Origin: Fidelibacterota bacterium | Lineage (GTDB): Bacteria; Fidelibacterota; UBA2242 | Reading direction: 5' to 3' | DNA: 16,985 nucleotides | NCBI GenBank assembly: GCA_049975265.1 | Contig: JBNGDF010000041.1 | Location: 1 to 16,985 of the forward strand | In this document: in pieces, positions 15,244 to 16,985 of the stretch | How positions within the stretch are numbered: position 1 is the stretch's first letter | Layout: every line of letters starts with the position of its first letter | Made by a program: the position numbers and the translations under genes | The notes under the pieces: model-generated | What the model was told of the DNA's origin: nothing | Database searches by the model: none | The model's input: the letters and a program-made list of their open reading frames with translations, nothing else

Positions 15244-15687
15244 CTATTTGATGATGGTGAATATGCGAGAGGTACGCCCTCCGCCGGTTTCCATGGTACA
15301 CAGATATGTGCCACTGGTAAGCAATTCGGTTTTGAACGACAGCCGGTGGTAGCCCGAAGCGAAGCGTCTGTCTGCCAGACATATCACTTCACGCCCAAGC
15401 AGATCGGTAATGCTGATTCTGGCGAATCCTTCCGTGGATAGCCAGAAGCGAATGATCGTCGTATTATTAAAAGGATTCGGGTAGTTTTGAAAGAGGGTGA
15501 AGCGGTCGCTGAAAGTCCGGTTTGGTTCAGGCTCCCACCCGGATGTGCCGATAAAATAGCCGGTCCCGATTGCCCGAATATCGATTGTGTCGGGGGAACT
15601 GTCTTGCAGGACAATGATTAATTCCGTTGCTGTCAGACAGTGAATCAACAGTATCAGTAAGAGGCACCATGTTTTAAAAATTTTCAT
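15244..15687 (-). CDS. Small secreted protein consisting almost entirely of a T9SS type A CTD-like (secretion C-terminal sorting) domain
   Basis: Signal peptide MKIFKTWCLLLILLIHCLTA (ATG at 15687; the track's start at 15699 is a TTG). Sorting-domain motif FTLFQNYPNPFN.TTI.F...I.DLLGREV..L....SG.H......LTSGTY......K. Confidence 0.82.
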   Translation of the reverse strand: MKIFKTWCLLLILLIHCLTATELIIVLQDSSPDTIDIRAIGTGYFIGTSGWEPEPNRTFSDRFTLFQNYPNPFNNTTIIRFWLSTEGFARISITDLLGREVICLADRRFASGYHRLSFKTELLTSGTYLCTMETGGGRTSRIFTIIK

Positions 15688-15695
15688 GAATGTAA

Positions 15696-16769
15696 TCAAT
15701 ACCAGTAATAAGGCTGGCTCATCGGTGCGGCTTCGTCGCTGAGCAGTTTATAGAGAACCGAATCGCGGAGAATGTTCTGCGCCCGCATGGCGACACCGTC
15801 CACCCGCACGACCGCATTGACCAGGCGGATACCGTGACTGTAATCCACATACTGATCGCTGTGTCCGGCGTAGAGCGGCTGGATGGGATTTCCCGACGGA
15901 TAATGCCAGCCGTAAATCGCCACTTTGCCCGGGTTTGTCTTCAGGGCGTTGCAGATGACGACGTCCTTTTTAATTCCGGCGATCAGTTCGCCCAGCTCAC
16001 CACCGGTGGCGATTCGGGCGGAATCGATAACGCTGCTGTGATCTCTAAAGCGGGGTACTTTTGTACTCTCTTCAGTCCAGGGATAGGGAAACGGGTCCAG
16101 TCTGACTGTCGCATGTTTCCAGATATCATCCACCAGCTTGCGGGTCGGCAGAATACAGCCGAAGGAATCGGCGATTGCCTGAGCGGTCTGGGGTGTCATG
16201 GGCATACGATAGAAATCCTCTGTCGAGCCTATTGCCAGGTAGTCCGGCATGACGTCATATTCGACGGTATGAGCGATGCCGTTGAGGTCATAGAACTCAC
16301 TTTTGATGGTGATCAGGTTGCGCAGGAAATCCGGGAAATTCCCGGCAAGGATTTGCGCTTGAATTTTTTGTTCCCGGGAATAGAGGGCGTCATTTACTAT
16401 CCGGGTAATAAACTGCGTACCGCTCAATGCGTCTGTTCGGCGATCGGGAATAGAAACCGGACAGATCGTGAAGCGGATAATGTCGGAAACCGGGATTGTG
16501 CAGACGTCTGAAGGCTGGTGGATTTGGAGAGTCAGCGGTTCCGAAAACAGGATGCTGTCAATCGTTGCTATTCGGAATTGACGGATGCCCTGATTCGTAT
16601 ACAGGCTGAGGGAGGGGCGTGACAGCGAATCATCGCTTTTGAAATGGATTTGTTCGATGTTTTGGAGTTCATACTGCTTTTGACCGAATTTACCCTCGAA
16701 AACGAGACTTTGTGGGAGCAGGAGGTGAGAGATTATAATGATTGTAAAGAGAGTTTGGAATGGTTTCAT
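15696..16769 (-). CDS. Secreted hypothetical protein with three short N-terminal beta-repeats and a globular C-terminal domain
   Basis: Long ORF with a signal peptide (MKPFQTLFTIIIISHLLLP). Its C-terminal domain has motif-like segments VMPDYLAIGS, LPTRKLVDDIW, AGIKKDVV, VAIYGWH and YVDYSHGIRLV. No function could be assigned. Confidence 0.8.
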   Translation of the reverse strand: MKPFQTLFTIIIISHLLLPQSLVFEGKFGQKQYELQNIEQIHFKSDDSLSRPSLSLYTNQGIRQFRIATIDSILFSEPLTLQIHQPSDVCTIPVSDIIRFTICPVSIPDRRTDALSGTQFITRIVNDALYSREQKIQAQILAGNFPDFLRNLITIKSEFYDLNGIAHTVEYDVMPDYLAIGSTEDFYRMPMTPQTAQAIADSFGCILPTRKLVDDIWKHATVRLDPFPYPWTEESTKVPRFRDHSSVIDSARIATGGELGELIAGIKKDVVICNALKTNPGKVAIYGWHYPSGNPIQPLYAGHSDQYVDYSHGIRLVNAVVRVDGVAMRAQNILRDSVLYKLLSDEAAPMSQPYYWY

Positions 16770-16780
16770 ATTGATAAATT

Positions 16781-16811
16781 TACTCTTTCGAAGGCGAAAA
16801 ATGAAAGAGTA
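16781..16811. repeat. Inverted repeat TACTCTTTC-N13-GAAAGAGTA
   Basis: Perfect 9-bp arms at 16781-16789 and 16803-16811, 11 nt upstream of the ATG at 16769. Confidence 0.5.
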
Positions 16812-16817
16812 TGAATC

Positions 16818-16977
16818 AACCCTTCGGAAGGCTCTGATGGGTTTTGGGGATAGGGGGTTGGTTTTTTGATGAGCCTTCCGAAGGGTTTAAGAAGTCGGCG
16901 AGGGGGTACCAACCTTCGGAAGGTTCTATGAGACTTGATAATAAGTAACTGGTTTTTTTAAGAACCTTCCGAAGGTT
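16818..16977. repeat. REP/REPIN-like cluster: two inverted doublets of a 17-bp near-palindrome (core CCTTCGGAAGG)
   Basis: AACCCTTCGGAAGGCTC (16818-16834) has its exact reverse complement at 16871-16887. AACCTTCGGAAGGTTCT (16911-16927) has its exact reverse complement at 16961-16977. Internal spacers are 36 and 33 bp. Confidence 0.85.
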
Positions 16978-16985
16978 TATTTTCG

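Noticed and set aside
16818..16977. CRISPR array (repeats with 33-36 bp spacers)
   Set aside because: The repeats are only 17 bp and alternate in orientation, the spacing is irregular (36/23/33), the spacers share sequence, and no cas genes are in the window.

Overview
All credible genes lie on the minus strand; the plus-strand ORFs look like antisense shadows. Positions 13516 to <1 form a tightly packed, probably co-transcribed surface-polysaccharide locus. In transcription order: cNMP+FHA protein, radical SAM/SPASM-Twitch enzyme, stand-alone receiver protein, internally duplicated Wza/OPX, a 1050-aa Wzc with an extra TM helix and two C-terminal SPOR-like domains, two paralogous small 'MGYH' membrane proteins, an O-antigen ligase/Wzy-like protein, a coupled PqqD/RRE + HprK-related kinase + PRMT-like methyltransferase cassette, and Wzm/Wzt ABC transporter genes (wzt is truncated and missing from the ORF track). 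Upstream are a class V PLP enzyme, a tiny T9SS-CTD-like protein, a secreted hypothetical protein and two REP/REPIN-like inverted doublets. The CTD motif suggests an FCB-group bacterium (inference). The best candidates for an undescribed system are the peptide/protein-modification cassette inside the EPS operon and the Wzc-TM-SPOR fusion. All family calls come from recognising motifs by eye; no searches were run.
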